A stretch of DNA of 64,000 bases. Source: Dehalococcoidia bacterium. GTDB lineage: Bacteria; Chloroflexota; Dehalococcoidia; Plut-88900. Location of the stretch: contig OZ240219.1 in assembly GCA_965197645.1 (NCBI GenBank), forward strand, positions 1,632,001 through 1,696,000, read 5' to 3'. The number at the start of each line of letters is the position of its first letter. The stretch's first letter is position 1. Under the pieces are notes generated by a model, which worked only from the letters and a program-made list of their open reading frames with translations, was not told the origin of the DNA and ran no database searches. Shown piece after piece: positions 10,607 to 20,786 of the stretch. A program made the position numbers and the translations under genes.

Positions 10607-11173
10607 TTAGAGCTTCTCGACCTGCAGGTAGTCCAACTCGACGCCCGTGTCCCGACCGAAGAATGAAACCAGCACCTTGATCTTTCCCTTATCGGGGTAG
10701 AGCTCGTCCACCGAGCCGATGAACTCGGCGAAGGGCCCATCGATGATGCGGATCCGCTCGCCCTTCTGCAGCCCAACCTTGACTCTGGGGGCCTCTTCTT
10801 CCATCTGCTTCAGGATGCCGCTGACTTCGCTGTCGTCCAGGGGCACCGGCTTTGGCGGGTCCCCAGACGTAACGAAGCCGGTAACCCCGGGCGTGTTCCT
10901 CACTACGTGCCAGCTGTTATCGGAGAGCACCATGTTTACCAGGATATATCCGGGGAACACCTTCTTCTCGACGGTGCGCCGCTGTCCCTCGCGGATGTCC
11001 AGCTCCTCTTCGGTCGGCACCAGCACCTCGAAGATCTCGTCGCTGGCATCCATAGAGTCGATGCGATGGTCCAGGTTCTTCTTCACCCTGTCCTCGTAGC
11101 CTGCATAGGTGTGGACCACGTACCACAGCTGGTTTTCGACCGTCGTCTTTACGTCGGATTGCTTAGTAGTCAT
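10607..11173 (-). CDS. nusG: Transcription termination/antitermination factor NusG
   Basis: WYVVHTYAGYE, FPGYILV, VRNTPGVTGFV, KOW motif DGPF. Confidence 0.97.
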   Translation of the reverse strand: MTTKQSDVKTTVENQLWYVVHTYAGYEDRVKKNLDHRIDSMDASDEIFEVLVPTEEELDIREGQRRTVEKKVFPGYILVNMVLSDNSWHVVRNTPGVTGFVTSGDPPKPVPLDDSEVSGILKQMEEEAPRVKVGLQKGERIRIIDGPFAEFIGSVDELYPDKGKIKVLVSFFGRDTGVELDYLQVEKL

Positions 11174-11202
11174 GGCAGCTCATTCTCTCCGGTTTATCAA
11201 TC

Positions 11203-11433
11203 CTAGAATAGCAGGAAATTGGCTATGGTGGAGAATGCCTCGTCCACCAGGCCCAGCAGGATGCCCATTGCCACTGAGACGATGAGCACCATAGTGGTCA
11301 GCCGTTTGGTCTCCTCTTTCGTCGGCCACGATACCTTTCTAAGCTCGGAGATCACCTCTCCTATAAACCGGAACCGCTCCAGGATCGGCCAGCGCTCGCT
11401 CATCCTCTCCCGAGATGGGATGTACTGTCGCAC
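11203..11433 (-). CDS. secE: Preprotein translocase subunit SecE
   Basis: ELRKVSWPTKEE plus single TM helix; upstream of nusG. Confidence 0.93.
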   Translation of the reverse strand: MRQYIPSRERMSERWPILERFRFIGEVISELRKVSWPTKEETKRLTTMVLIVSVAMGILLGLVDEAFSTIANFLLF

Positions 11434-11600
11434 TATCGGGTCTCCCTGTGCGGGCGCTTACCGCGGCAGCGAGGGCAGTACTTGGACAGTTCGAGCCGGT
11501 CCTGGTTGTTCCTTCTGTTCTTGGTAGTCGTGTAGTTCCGCTCCCTGCAATCGCCGCAGGCCAGGGTCACAAATATCCGGTTGTCGCCTCTTTTAGCCAT
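11433..11600 (-). CDS. rpmG: 50S ribosomal protein L33 (zinc-binding form)
   Basis: Manual translation (below ORF-track cutoff): [55 protein letters not shown]. Confidence 0.95.
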   Translation of the reverse strand: MAKRGDNRIFVTLACGDCRERNYTTTKNRRNNQDRLELSKYCPRCRGKRPHRETR

Positions 11601-11645
11601 GGTCCCTCTCCCTGACTGGCCCTCTCCCTATCCTGGGATGCACCG

Positions 11646-12851
11646 TCAATCGATGATGTTGGTGATTACCCCCGCTCCCACCGTCCTTCCGCCTTCACGT
11701 ATGGCGAACCTGAGCTCAGGTTCCAGTGCCACGGGCGTAATCAGCTTCAGTTTCATAGTGACGTTGTCTCCGGGCATGATCATCTCCATGCCCTCCGGAA
11801 GCCCTATCTCGCCTGTGACGTCCGTGGTCCGGATGTAGAACTGGGGTTTGTAGCCATCGAAGAAGGGCGTATGCCGTCCTCCCTCGTCCTTGGTCAGCAC
11901 GTAGACCTCGGCCTCGGAGGTGACGTGAGGGGTGATGGAGCCGGGGGCGGCCAGCACCTGGCCACGCTCCACGTCATCGCGCTCGACCCCGCGCAACAGA
12001 CAACCCACAGCGTCTCCGGGCTCGGCATAGTCCAGGGTCTTGTGGAACATCTCCACCCCGGTGACGACCGTCTTGTTCGTCTCTCCGAATCCCACGATCT
12101 CTATGGTGTCGCCGGTCTTGACCGTGCCACGCTCTACCCGACCCGTAACCACCGTTCCCCTGCCTTTGATGCCAAACACGTCCTCGATGGGCATGAGGAA
12201 GGGCAACTCGCTGGGGCGTTCCGGGGTGGGGATGTAGCTATCGACCGATTCCATCAGCTCCAGGATCGGCTTGTACTCGTCGGCGTTCGCGTCGGTGGAC
12301 TCGCTCTCCAGGGCCTGCAGAGCGCTACCCCGAACGATGGGGATGTCCTCCCCTGGGAAGTCGTACTTGGAGAGAAGCTCCCTCAGCTCCAGCTCGACAA
12401 GTTCCAGCAGTTCGGGGTCATCCATCTGGTCGGTCTTGTTGAGGAACACCACCATGGAGGGCACCTGCACCTGTCGCGCCAGGAGGATGTGCTCACGGGT
12501 CTGGGGCATGGGCCCATCGGGAGCGCTCACCACCAGGATGGCCCCGTCCATCTGGGCCGCGCCGGTAATCATGTTCTTGATGTAGTCGGCGTGACCCGGG
12601 CAGTCTACGTGGGCGTAATGGCGGTTATTCGTCTCGTACTCCACGTGGGTAATGGCTATAGTCAGGCCCCGCTCCTTCTCTTCCGGAGCGTTGTCTATAG
12701 AGTCGTAAGTACGGAACTCGGTCTTGTCCGCGCCTGACATGGTAAGCACCTTGGTGATAGCCGCCGTCAGGGTGGTCTTGCCGTGGTCCACATGCCCGAT
12801 TGTGCCCACGTTGGCGTGGGGCTTGGTCCGCTGAAATACCTCTTTAGCCAT
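11646..12851 (-). CDS. tuf: Elongation factor Tu
   Basis: [28 protein letters not shown]; true start MAKEVF at 12851. Confidence 0.99.
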   Translation of the reverse strand: MAKEVFQRTKPHANVGTIGHVDHGKTTLTAAITKVLTMSGADKTEFRTYDSIDNAPEEKERGLTIAITHVEYETNNRHYAHVDCPGHADYIKNMITGAAQMDGAILVVSAPDGPMPQTREHILLARQVQVPSMVVFLNKTDQMDDPELLELVELELRELLSKYDFPGEDIPIVRGSALQALESESTDANADEYKPILELMESVDSYIPTPERPSELPFLMPIEDVFGIKGRGTVVTGRVERGTVKTGDTIEIVGFGETNKTVVTGVEMFHKTLDYAEPGDAVGCLLRGVERDDVERGQVLAAPGSITPHVTSEAEVYVLTKDEGGRHTPFFDGYKPQFYIRTTDVTGEIGLPEGMEMIMPGDNVTMKLKLITPVALEPELRFAIREGGRTVGAGVITNIID

Positions 12852-12869
12852 TGCTCTCGTCCTCCCGAA

Positions 12870-12944
12870 TGGAGCCCACAACCAGATTCGAACTGGTGAC
12901 CCCGTTCTTACCAAGAACGTGCTCTACCACTGAGCTATGTGGGC
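12870..12944 (-). tRNA. tRNA-Thr(GGT)
   Basis: GCCCACATAGCTCAGTGGTAGAGC...TTGGTAA...GTTCGAATC...GTGGGCTCCA cloverleaf with CCA. Confidence 0.95.
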
Positions 12945-12972
12945 CTTGCCTATTTTGAATACCTATTATTGC

Positions 12973-13058
12973 TGGTGGAGGGGGTAGGATTCGAACCTAC
13001 GTAGCCTTTCGGCAGCGATTTTACAGACCGCCGGTTTTAACCACTCACCCACCCCTCC
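12973..13058 (-). tRNA. tRNA-Tyr(GTA)
   Basis: GGAGGGGTGGGTGAGTGGTTAAA...CTGTAAA, long variable arm, GTTCGAATC, CCCCTCCACCA. Confidence 0.95.
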
Positions 13059-13210
13059 AAAATCGTTCACTCTGCTCCTTCTGCTGGGCAGTGCGCCGAA
13101 GCCAAGGGGCGCTCCTCGCTCCAGTATATCCTACAATACCTGGCTGTAAAATACCTTCTGCCAAGTGCGCAGAAGGTATAGTTCAGAACATACCGTACTA
13201 ATCCAAAACC

Positions 13211-13240
13211 AGTATAGGAAACATGCCTGCGGAAAGTCAA
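13211..13240 (-). promoter_or_regulatory. Sigma70-type promoter upstream of tRNA-tuf operon
   Basis: Minus strand TTGACT-18 nt-TATACT. Confidence 0.6.
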
Positions 13241-13336
13241 CCCTGGAGGGTTCCGACACGTTGTTACCCCGCCCGATCGTGATAGAATAGACCACCCCGT
13301 CACAACACCGACGCAGGCGTCATAGGAGGTCTTTAC

Positions 13337-14530
13337 ATGCGATTCGATGGCAACGTTTACTACCACGAGTTGGAGACCTACCCCGTAGATGTCATGATGG
13401 ACGAGTGGCGAGAGACGGCCCGATTCCTCGATCAGGCTGGTTTCACCGGCATTTGGATAGGAGAGCACCACTTCTGGCACGGCGGCTACCCGGTGGCCGC
13501 ACCCAATCCCGTTCTCATCGGCACTCACCTCGCCTCGGTAACCGAGAAGCTTCGGGTGGCACAGAGCGCCTGCATCCTTCCCGACCACAATCCCATCCGG
13601 CTGGCCGAGGACCTGGCGATGCTGGACCAGATCACCCGGGGAAGGCTGGACGTGGGAATCGCCCGGGGCACGAACAGCTCGGCCAGCATCCAGTTTAACG
13701 TCAACGCCGATAGGCGGGACCAGGAGACCAACTACGCCCTCTTCGCCGAGACCCTGGACATCCTGATCAAGGCCTGGACACAGGACGCCTTCAGTCACCA
13801 GGGCCGGTTCTACACATATCCCGTTCCGGGCTGGAGCGAATCCGATCCTCGCCTCTACGCAGGCGACTCGGTCCACTACGGGCCGGATGGGGAGCTCATC
13901 GCTCTCGGACTCATGCCCAAACCGTACCAGAAGCCCCATCCGCCCATCTATCAGGCCGCCGACTCGACGGCATCCTACGCCTTCGCCGCTGAGCGGGGTA
14001 TTGCCACCACAGCCTTCGGACGTTCCTTCGAAGCCCTGCGGGAGGCATGGACCACCTACAAAGAGACGGCGTCCCGGATTCACGGCCGCGATATCCCCAT
14101 GGGGGAAACCGCCGATGGGCATACCCTCAACGTCATGAGACTGTTTCACATCGCCGAGAGCCAGGAGCAGGCCGAAGCGGAGGCCCGGGACGGAGTAAAC
14201 GACTTCTTCAGCATCGCCACCGGGCTAAGCGACAACTGGGCCAGGAAGGGGATCGTCGCCGCCGACGAGGAGCTTACCGACGATGACATGAACGATAACT
14301 GGTTCGATTTTCTCCTCAAGCGGGACATGCTCTGGGTGGGCACCCCCGACTTCGTGACCGAGAAGATAGAGCGCCTGCGCTCGGAGCTCAACTGTCGACA
14401 CGTGACCCTCTGGCCCAACCCGGGGTACATCCCCTTCAGCAAGGTGCTCCGGGGCATGGAGCTCTTCGCCGAGCGGGTCATACCCCACTTCGAAAAGGAA
14501 GAGGTGGCCGCCCCTCGGGTCGGCTCTTGA
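13337..14530 (+). CDS. LLM-class (luciferase-like) flavin-dependent monooxygenase
   Basis: GFTGIWIGEHHF, PIRLAEDLAMLDQITRGRLDVGIARG, PKPYQKPHPPI, MELFAERVIPHF. Confidence 0.92.
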   Translation: MRFDGNVYYHELETYPVDVMMDEWRETARFLDQAGFTGIWIGEHHFWHGGYPVAAPNPVLIGTHLASVTEKLRVAQSACILPDHNPIRLAEDLAMLDQITRGRLDVGIARGTNSSASIQFNVNADRRDQETNYALFAETLDILIKAWTQDAFSHQGRFYTYPVPGWSESDPRLYAGDSVHYGPDGELIALGLMPKPYQKPHPPIYQAADSTASYAFAAERGIATTAFGRSFEALREAWTTYKETASRIHGRDIPMGETADGHTLNVMRLFHIAESQEQAEAEARDGVNDFFSIATGLSDNWARKGIVAADEELTDDDMNDNWFDFLLKRDMLWVGTPDFVTEKIERLRSELNCRHVTLWPNPGYIPFSKVLRGMELFAERVIPHFEKEEVAAPRVGS

Positions 14531-15540
14531 AGGTGCAACCTATGAACAACGATAGAGTCCTGGTAGTCGATGGCGCCGAGCACCACAGGTGGGACCGTGA
14601 GGTGCTCGAAATGGTCCGCGCCGGCGACATCTCCGCCGTCAACGTCACCTGCTCCATCTGGGAAAACGCCAGAGAGACCCTCGAGATACTGGGACACTGG
14701 AACCGACGGTTGGAGGAGCATTCCGACCTGATCGTCAAGGCCGATACCCCCGACGACATCAGGTCGGCTTATGAGCAGGAGAAGACGGCCATTGTCCTGG
14801 GTTTCCAAAACACCTCGCCCATCGAGGACAACATCGATTTCGTGGGCATATTCTCCAGCCTCGGGGTTCGCATCATGCAGCTCACCTACAACACCCAGAA
14901 CCTGGTGGGTAGCGGCTGCTACGAGCCCGAGGACACCGGCCTCTCCACCTTCGGACGCGACGTCATCAGAGAGATGAACCGGCACGGCGTTCTGGTCGAT
15001 CTCTCCCATACCGGCGAACGCACATCCATGGACGCCATCGAGGTCTCATCCCACCCCGTCGCCATTACCCACGCCAACCCAAGGTTCATCAAGCAGACCC
15101 AGCGCAACAAGTCCGACGACATGCTTCGTGCCCTGGCCGACTCGGGAGGCGTCATCGGCCTGGCCGCCTATCCCCATCTCTTCGCCTATGACGCCACGGT
15201 GGAGCAGTTCTGCGAGATGGTGGACCGCACCGTGGACCTGATGGGGGTGGAGCACGTGGGCATCGGCACCGATCAGCACCTGGGTTTCTCCGCCGAGGAG
15301 AAGAAGTTCTGGGTACAGGGCAGGTTCTCCAGGTCAGTGCCGTCCTTCATGAGCGCCCAGGGCTTTCTAGCCGACGATTGGGACGGCGAAGATGTCGAGT
15401 GGGCCAGCTGGATCGAGACACCGGCGGGCATGCCCAACATCGTTCGAGGCCTGCGTGAGCACGGGTTCAGCCCCGAGGAGGTGGAAGCTATCATGGGAGG
15501 CAATTTCCTCCGCGTGTTCGAGCAGGTCTTCCCCAAGTAG
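14527..15540 (+). CDS. Membrane dipeptidase (peptidase M19/amidohydrolase fold) family protein
   Basis: GFQN, GVRIMQLTYN, EMNRHGVLVDLSH, THANP, RNKSD, HVGIGTD, IMGGNFLRV; start 14527 or 14542. Confidence 0.88.
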   Translation: MKVQPMNNDRVLVVDGAEHHRWDREVLEMVRAGDISAVNVTCSIWENARETLEILGHWNRRLEEHSDLIVKADTPDDIRSAYEQEKTAIVLGFQNTSPIEDNIDFVGIFSSLGVRIMQLTYNTQNLVGSGCYEPEDTGLSTFGRDVIREMNRHGVLVDLSHTGERTSMDAIEVSSHPVAITHANPRFIKQTQRNKSDDMLRALADSGGVIGLAAYPHLFAYDATVEQFCEMVDRTVDLMGVEHVGIGTDQHLGFSAEEKKFWVQGRFSRSVPSFMSAQGFLADDWDGEDVEWASWIETPAGMPNIVRGLREHGFSPEEVEAIMGGNFLRVFEQVFPK

Positions 15541-15573
15541 TACCCGGCCCACGGCGTACCTACAGGTCACCCG

Positions 15574-16770
15574 CTAGCCCGAAGCGTCAAGAAACCTCTC
15601 TCCTGCCTCGGCGCTTACTAGGCGGTATACCTCCTGCAGCGGAAGCTTCTTGGTCCTGGCGATGGAGCGGCACGCCTCGTACTCGGGGGATACTCCCACC
15701 GGCGTCCCGTGTATAAGCTTCACCTTCACCGTCACCCGCCCCAGCGACGAATCGAACTCCCTGACCTCTCGTTCCGCCTCGACCCTCCGTACCGATCTGA
15801 TGCGTAAACCAAGACTGGAGGTCTCCCGGAGCACGATCTCTGCCAACCGGCCTTCGTCCTTAGGGGATGCCAGGACGCTCAGCATGGTCGCCGGCCGTCC
15901 CTTCTTCATCTGGATGGGTGTGAACCACACATCCCTTGCCTTGGCCTCGAACAGTCTCTCCATGACGTAGCCGTACATCTCCGGGTTCATATCGTCGATG
16001 TTGGTCTCCAACACGGATAGTGTGGTGCTTCCCAGGCTTCCGGCGACCCCTCCCAGCCAGACGGACAATGCGTTGGGGTAGGCCCCCAGCTCCTTCGACC
16101 CCAGACCATATCCCACCTGTTGCACAGCGAGGTCAGGCGCATCGAAGGATGCCAGGGTGGTCAGGAAGGCTACGCCCGTCGGGGTCGATAGCTCCGTGTT
16201 GGGTCGAGAGGTTGGCCTGATGGGAGCCCCGGCCATCGATACAAGCTCCAACACGGCAGGTCCCGGGGCTGGTATCCTGCCGTGCTGAGATGACACCGTG
16301 CCGCTTCCCGACGGAATGGGGGAGGAAAAGACCCGGTCTACTCCCAGCAGCTCCAGCCCTACACAGCCACCAACCACGTCTACTATCGAGTCCACGGCCC
16401 CGACCTCGTGAAACCTCACTTCTTCGATAGTGGTCCTGTGTACCTTGGCCTCGGCTTCGGCCAGCCGGCGGAAGACCGTACCGGAACGCTCCTTGACCCG
16501 GGGCGGCAGGTCGCTGGCACAGATGATAGAGAGGATGTTGTTCAGCGATCGATGCTCCACCGGCACAGCTTTATCCACAACCACTGTAACCTTCGTGCCG
16601 TTGAGGCCGCCCCGTACGTCACGCCTGGAATCGATGCGATACCCGTCCAAGTCCAGCTTGGACAGCTCGCCGGACAACGATCGGACCGAGAGGCCCGCAT
16701 CCACGAGCGCTCCCAGGATCATGTCCCCGCTGACGCCGCCGATGCACTGGAAATAGGCCGACCGGGTCAT
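15574..16770 (-). CDS. larC: Nickel-pincer cofactor biosynthesis protein LarC
   Basis: GVSGDMILGAL, AEAEAKVH, FHEVGAVDSIVD, TPTG, ETNIDD, IQMKKGRP, PEYE. Confidence 0.93.
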   Translation of the reverse strand: MTRSAYFQCIGGVSGDMILGALVDAGLSVRSLSGELSKLDLDGYRIDSRRDVRGGLNGTKVTVVVDKAVPVEHRSLNNILSIICASDLPPRVKERSGTVFRRLAEAEAKVHRTTIEEVRFHEVGAVDSIVDVVGGCVGLELLGVDRVFSSPIPSGSGTVSSQHGRIPAPGPAVLELVSMAGAPIRPTSRPNTELSTPTGVAFLTTLASFDAPDLAVQQVGYGLGSKELGAYPNALSVWLGGVAGSLGSTTLSVLETNIDDMNPEMYGYVMERLFEAKARDVWFTPIQMKKGRPATMLSVLASPKDEGRLAEIVLRETSSLGLRIRSVRRVEAEREVREFDSSLGRVTVKVKLIHGTPVGVSPEYEACRSIARTKKLPLQEVYRLVSAEAGERFLDASG

Positions 16771-16785
16771 TCCGCCGTCAAGCAA

Positions 16786-18168
16786 TCACTCACCCTTGCG
16801 TCCTGGAACAGCGGCCCTGACCGCCTCCGAGAGCATGCCCACCCGTACCAACTCCATTCCCGGCGGGGCCTTTACATGTCCCCTGGCCGAGCTCGAAATT
16901 ATACCCTTGCAGAACCCCATCTTGGCCGCCTCTTTCAATCGACGTTCAACCTGGCCGACGGAGCGGACCTCGCCGCTGAGCCCCAGCTCTCCCATGGCCA
17001 CCAGATCGGGGTCCATAGGTATGTCCCGCATGCTGGAAACTATGGCCAGCGCTATTCCGAGGTCGGCCGCCGGTTCGTTCACCCTGAGACCGCCGACAAC
17101 GTTTACTATCACATCCTGGTTGGCCAGCGAGAGCCTCAATCTCTTGCTCAGGATTGCGGTGACGAGCAACAGCCGGTTCTGCTCCACGCCGTTGGCCGTA
17201 CGGCGGGGAAGATTGAAGCTGGTCATGCTGGTCAGGGCCTGGATCTCCACCATCAGCGGTCTCGTCCCCTCCAGCGTCGGAACGATGGCCGAACCCACGG
17301 ACCCGGACATCCTCTCCGAGAGAAACACCTGAGAAGGGTCGGAAACGTCCGCCAGTCCCGAGTCCCCCATCTCGAAGATTCCCACCTCGTTGGTGGAACC
17401 GAACCGGTTCTTAACGCCCCGGAGGAGCCGGTAGGAGCTGTAGGACTCACCCTCCAGGTAAAGCACCACGTCCACCATGTGCTCCAGCAAGCGGGGTCCG
17501 GCTATGGCGCCGTCCTTGGTCACGTGACCGGTGATGCAGACGGGCACCTTGGTGGACTTGCACCACTCCATAATCCGCCAGGTCGCCTCGCGGACCTGTC
17601 CTATCGTCCCCGGCGACGACTGGGAGCTCTCCAGGTATACGGCCTGGATCGAATCGATTATCACCAGGAAGGGCCGCAGCTGGTCCATATGGTGGATTAT
17701 CGAGTCCAGGTTGTTATCGGCTACTACGTAGAGGCCCCGCCCGGAAACCCCCAACCTGGTTGCGCGGAGGCTTATCTGCTGGTCCGACTCCTCTCCCGAT
17801 ACATATAGCACCGGTCTTCCTTCACCGGCCAGAGCGGCGGCCGTCTGCAGCAGCAGCGTCGACTTGCCTATGCCCGGTTCGCCGGCGATGAGTAGAAGAG
17901 AGCCGGGAACGATACCTCCGCCCAGCACCCTGTTGAACTCCACTGACGGCGGCTGGATGCGCGGCGTCTGAGAGGCCGATATCGAGGCCAGCTCCTGAGG
18001 TGGAGTGGACTGGGCATCCGGTATCCGTTTGGCGGCGCTCCGAGCTTTGCGTACCACCTCGTCCAGGGTGTTCCACAATGAGCAGTGGGGACAACGGCCC
18101 TCCCACCTGGGGCTTTCGCCTCCGCACTCGCGGCAGATGAAGGAGGTCTTTGTCTGCTCTTTCGCCAT
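16786..18168 (-). CDS. radA: DNA repair protein RadA/Sms
   Basis: N-terminal CxxC..CxxC, GEPGIGKSTLL, KNRFG motif. Confidence 0.97.
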   Translation of the reverse strand: MAKEQTKTSFICRECGGESPRWEGRCPHCSLWNTLDEVVRKARSAAKRIPDAQSTPPQELASISASQTPRIQPPSVEFNRVLGGGIVPGSLLLIAGEPGIGKSTLLLQTAAALAGEGRPVLYVSGEESDQQISLRATRLGVSGRGLYVVADNNLDSIIHHMDQLRPFLVIIDSIQAVYLESSQSSPGTIGQVREATWRIMEWCKSTKVPVCITGHVTKDGAIAGPRLLEHMVDVVLYLEGESYSSYRLLRGVKNRFGSTNEVGIFEMGDSGLADVSDPSQVFLSERMSGSVGSAIVPTLEGTRPLMVEIQALTSMTSFNLPRRTANGVEQNRLLLVTAILSKRLRLSLANQDVIVNVVGGLRVNEPAADLGIALAIVSSMRDIPMDPDLVAMGELGLSGEVRSVGQVERRLKEAAKMGFCKGIISSSARGHVKAPPGMELVRVGMLSEAVRAAVPGRKGE

Positions 18169-18260
18169 CGGTGTTACAACGTTGGCAGAAGGCCGCAGAA
18201 ACGTCAAGAGGGAAGCTCACGAGCTTCCCTCTTGGTAAATGTGCTGTGGTTTCTCTCAGA

Positions 18261-20720
18261 TCAGTGTTTGGCCAGCTCTGCCACCGGCCCGATGCTGAGC
18301 TCATCTTCGTCACGGTCTATCAGCACCGTACTGCCGGCCTCGTAGTTACCCTCGAGCAGGTTCTCCGAAAGGGGGTCCTCCACCAGGTCCTGTATGAGCC
18401 GCCTCAGAGGTCGTGCACCGAAGATGGGGTCGTACCCTTTGTCCGCCAGCAGCTGCTTGGCCGGTTCGGTAACCTCCAGATCGATGTCCTTCTCCTTCAG
18501 GTTCTCCCTGACCTCCTCCATCAACAGATCGACAATCTGGAGGATGTGCTCCTGGTTGAGGGCGTGGAAGACCACTATGCCGTCAATCCGGTTCAGGAAC
18601 TCGGGGCGGAAGAACCGTTTGACCTCTGACAGGACCTTGTCCTTCATACGCTGATAAGCTTCTTCGGAGGTCCTCTCGTCTTCGTCAGAGGTCGAGAATC
18701 CGAGCCGGTTGTCTCGCTTGATCAGCTCGGCGCCGATGTTGCTGGTCATGGTGATGATGGTGTTGCGGAAGTCGACCTTCCGGCCTTTGGCATCGGTGAG
18801 GTGGCCGTCGTCGAAGATCTGGAGCAACATGTTGAAGACGTCGGGATGGGCCTTCTCGATTTCGTCCAGCAGGATGGCCGAGTAGGACTTGCGGCGCACC
18901 GTTTCGGTGAGCTGGCCGCCTTCGTCGTAGCCGATGTATCCGGGAGGCGCTCCCACCAGCCTGGCGACGGCGTGCCTTTCCATGAACTCAGACATGTCCA
19001 GCCGGATCAGGGAGTCCTCGCTGCCGAACATAAACTCGGCGAGCACTCGGACCAGGTACGTCTTGCCCACGCCGGTGGGACCCAGGAATATGAAGTTCCC
19101 GATGGGCCTGCGGCGGTCTTTGAGTCCCGCCCTAGCCCTGCGAACGGCTTTGGCCACTATCTTGATGGCCTCGTCCTGACCCACTATCTTTTCGTGCAGG
19201 GCCTCTTCCATGTGAAGGAGCCGCTCCGTCTCTTCCGAGGCCAGCCGCGTTACGGGAATACCGGTCCACATCGCTACTACCTCAGCGATGTCATCGGCGG
19301 TCACTACGGGCCTGTCCTGCTCTTGCTCGTCCTCCCAGTCCGTTTCCAGGCCCTCCAGCTTCCCTGCCAGGCTAAGCTCTCGCTCCCGGAGCTGAGCTGC
19401 TTCCTCGTACTGCTGGGACTCTATCGCAGACTCCTTATCCCGCTTTACGCTGTCCAGGACGGACATCGCCTCTTTCAGGGACAGGGGCATAGAGCTGTTG
19501 TGGATCCGTACCCGGGACGAGGCCTCATCGACGAGGTCTATGGCCTTATCGGGCAGATGACGGTCGGTGATGTATCGCGAGGCGAGGTTGGCCGCGTTCT
19601 CCAGCGCCTCGTCGCTGATGACCAGCTTGTGGTGTTCTTCGTAGCGGCTCTTGACGCCCCTCAGAATGTCTACAGTGTCCTCTACGCTGGGCTCCTCCAC
19701 CTTAATGGGCTGGAACCTGCGCTCCAGAGCCGCGTCTCGTTCCACGTGCTTTCGGTAATCGTCGGGTGTGGTGGCGCCGATGCACTGCAGTTCGCCTCGT
19801 GCCAGGGAGGGCTTGAGGATGTTGGCAGCGTCCACCGCGCCTTCCGCCGCTCCTGCACCGACGATGGTGTGCATCTCGTCTATGAACAATACGCAGTTAC
19901 CGGAGGTCTTGATCTCTTCGATCACCTTCTTCAGACGCTCTTCAAACTCGCCTCGATACTTGGTTCCCGCCACGAGGGCGCCCATGTCCAGGGTGACCAG
20001 CCTCTTGCCCTGAAGGGTGTCCGGGATATCGCCGGAGGAGATCCTCTGGGCCAGCGCCTCTACGACCGAGGTCTTTCCGACTCCCGGCTCACCGATGAGG
20101 CACGGGTTGTTCTTGGTCCGTCTGCTGAGGATCTGGACTACCCGCTCTATCTCCTGCTGCCGGCCTATGACAGGGTCCAGCTTTCCGGACTTTGCGGCCT
20201 CGGTCAGGTCCACGCCCAACTGGTCCAGGGTAGGTGTGCGGACCGTGCCCCGAGCGCCCGATTGGGCCTGGGCAAAGTTCTGGCTGAGCATTCGCGTTGT
20301 TTCGGAACGGGTCTTCTCCAGGTTTACTCCCAGGCTCTCCAATACGCCGGCGGCCACGCCGTCGCCTTCCCGCAGTAGGCCGATAAGCAGGTGCTCGGTG
20401 CCTATGTACTGGTGGTTCAACCGGCGGGCCTCATCGACGGCGAGCTCAATAACCTTCTTCGCCCTGGGCGTCAGGCCGATTTCGCTCTCTGAGGTGGTCT
20501 CGCCCCGGCCGATGATGAACTCGACGGCGGATCGGACCTTGTTGAGCTGCACGCCAAGGTTAACCAGGACCTTGGCAGCCACACAGTCCGGCTCCCTCAC
20601 CAGGCCCAAGAGGATGTGTTCCGTTCCTATGTAGTTGTGGTTGAAGTTCTGGGCCTCTTCCTGGGCCAGGGAGAGTACCCTTCTCGCCCGTTCTGAGAAC
20701 TTTTCAAATCTGCTTGCCAT
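18261..20720 (-). CDS. clpC: ATP-dependent Clp protease ATP-binding subunit ClpC
   Basis: Clp-N repeats ([11 protein letters not shown]), two Walker A motifs ([16 protein letters not shown]), UVR-like middle domain, LGF loop. Confidence 0.96.
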   Translation of the reverse strand: MASRFEKFSERARRVLSLAQEEAQNFNHNYIGTEHILLGLVREPDCVAAKVLVNLGVQLNKVRSAVEFIIGRGETTSESEIGLTPRAKKVIELAVDEARRLNHQYIGTEHLLIGLLREGDGVAAGVLESLGVNLEKTRSETTRMLSQNFAQAQSGARGTVRTPTLDQLGVDLTEAAKSGKLDPVIGRQQEIERVVQILSRRTKNNPCLIGEPGVGKTSVVEALAQRISSGDIPDTLQGKRLVTLDMGALVAGTKYRGEFEERLKKVIEEIKTSGNCVLFIDEMHTIVGAGAAEGAVDAANILKPSLARGELQCIGATTPDDYRKHVERDAALERRFQPIKVEEPSVEDTVDILRGVKSRYEEHHKLVISDEALENAANLASRYITDRHLPDKAIDLVDEASSRVRIHNSSMPLSLKEAMSVLDSVKRDKESAIESQQYEEAAQLRERELSLAGKLEGLETDWEDEQEQDRPVVTADDIAEVVAMWTGIPVTRLASEETERLLHMEEALHEKIVGQDEAIKIVAKAVRRARAGLKDRRRPIGNFIFLGPTGVGKTYLVRVLAEFMFGSEDSLIRLDMSEFMERHAVARLVGAPPGYIGYDEGGQLTETVRRKSYSAILLDEIEKAHPDVFNMLLQIFDDGHLTDAKGRKVDFRNTIITMTSNIGAELIKRDNRLGFSTSDEDERTSEEAYQRMKDKVLSEVKRFFRPEFLNRIDGIVVFHALNQEHILQIVDLLMEEVRENLKEKDIDLEVTEPAKQLLADKGYDPIFGARPLRRLIQDLVEDPLSENLLEGNYEAGSTVLIDRDEDELSIGPVAELAKH

Positions 20721-20786
20721 GTCGTGATCTCCCAGGCAGTTTTAGAACGCCGAATGGGACCGGCCCGGCCGTCAGCCGTTACCCCG

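Noticed and set aside
12852-12914. N-terminal extension of EF-Tu in the ORF track
   Set aside because: Overlaps tRNA-Thr; the real start is ATG 12851 with a GGAGG SD
18801-20378. Long antisense/shadow ORFs (e.g. 525 aa opposite clpC, 466 aa opposite radA/larC, 427 aa opposite uvrC, 391 aa opposite the GcvT-family gene, 332 aa opposite ftsZ)
   Set aside because: They mirror well-conserved genes in high-GC DNA with strong codon bias, and show no recognisable motifs
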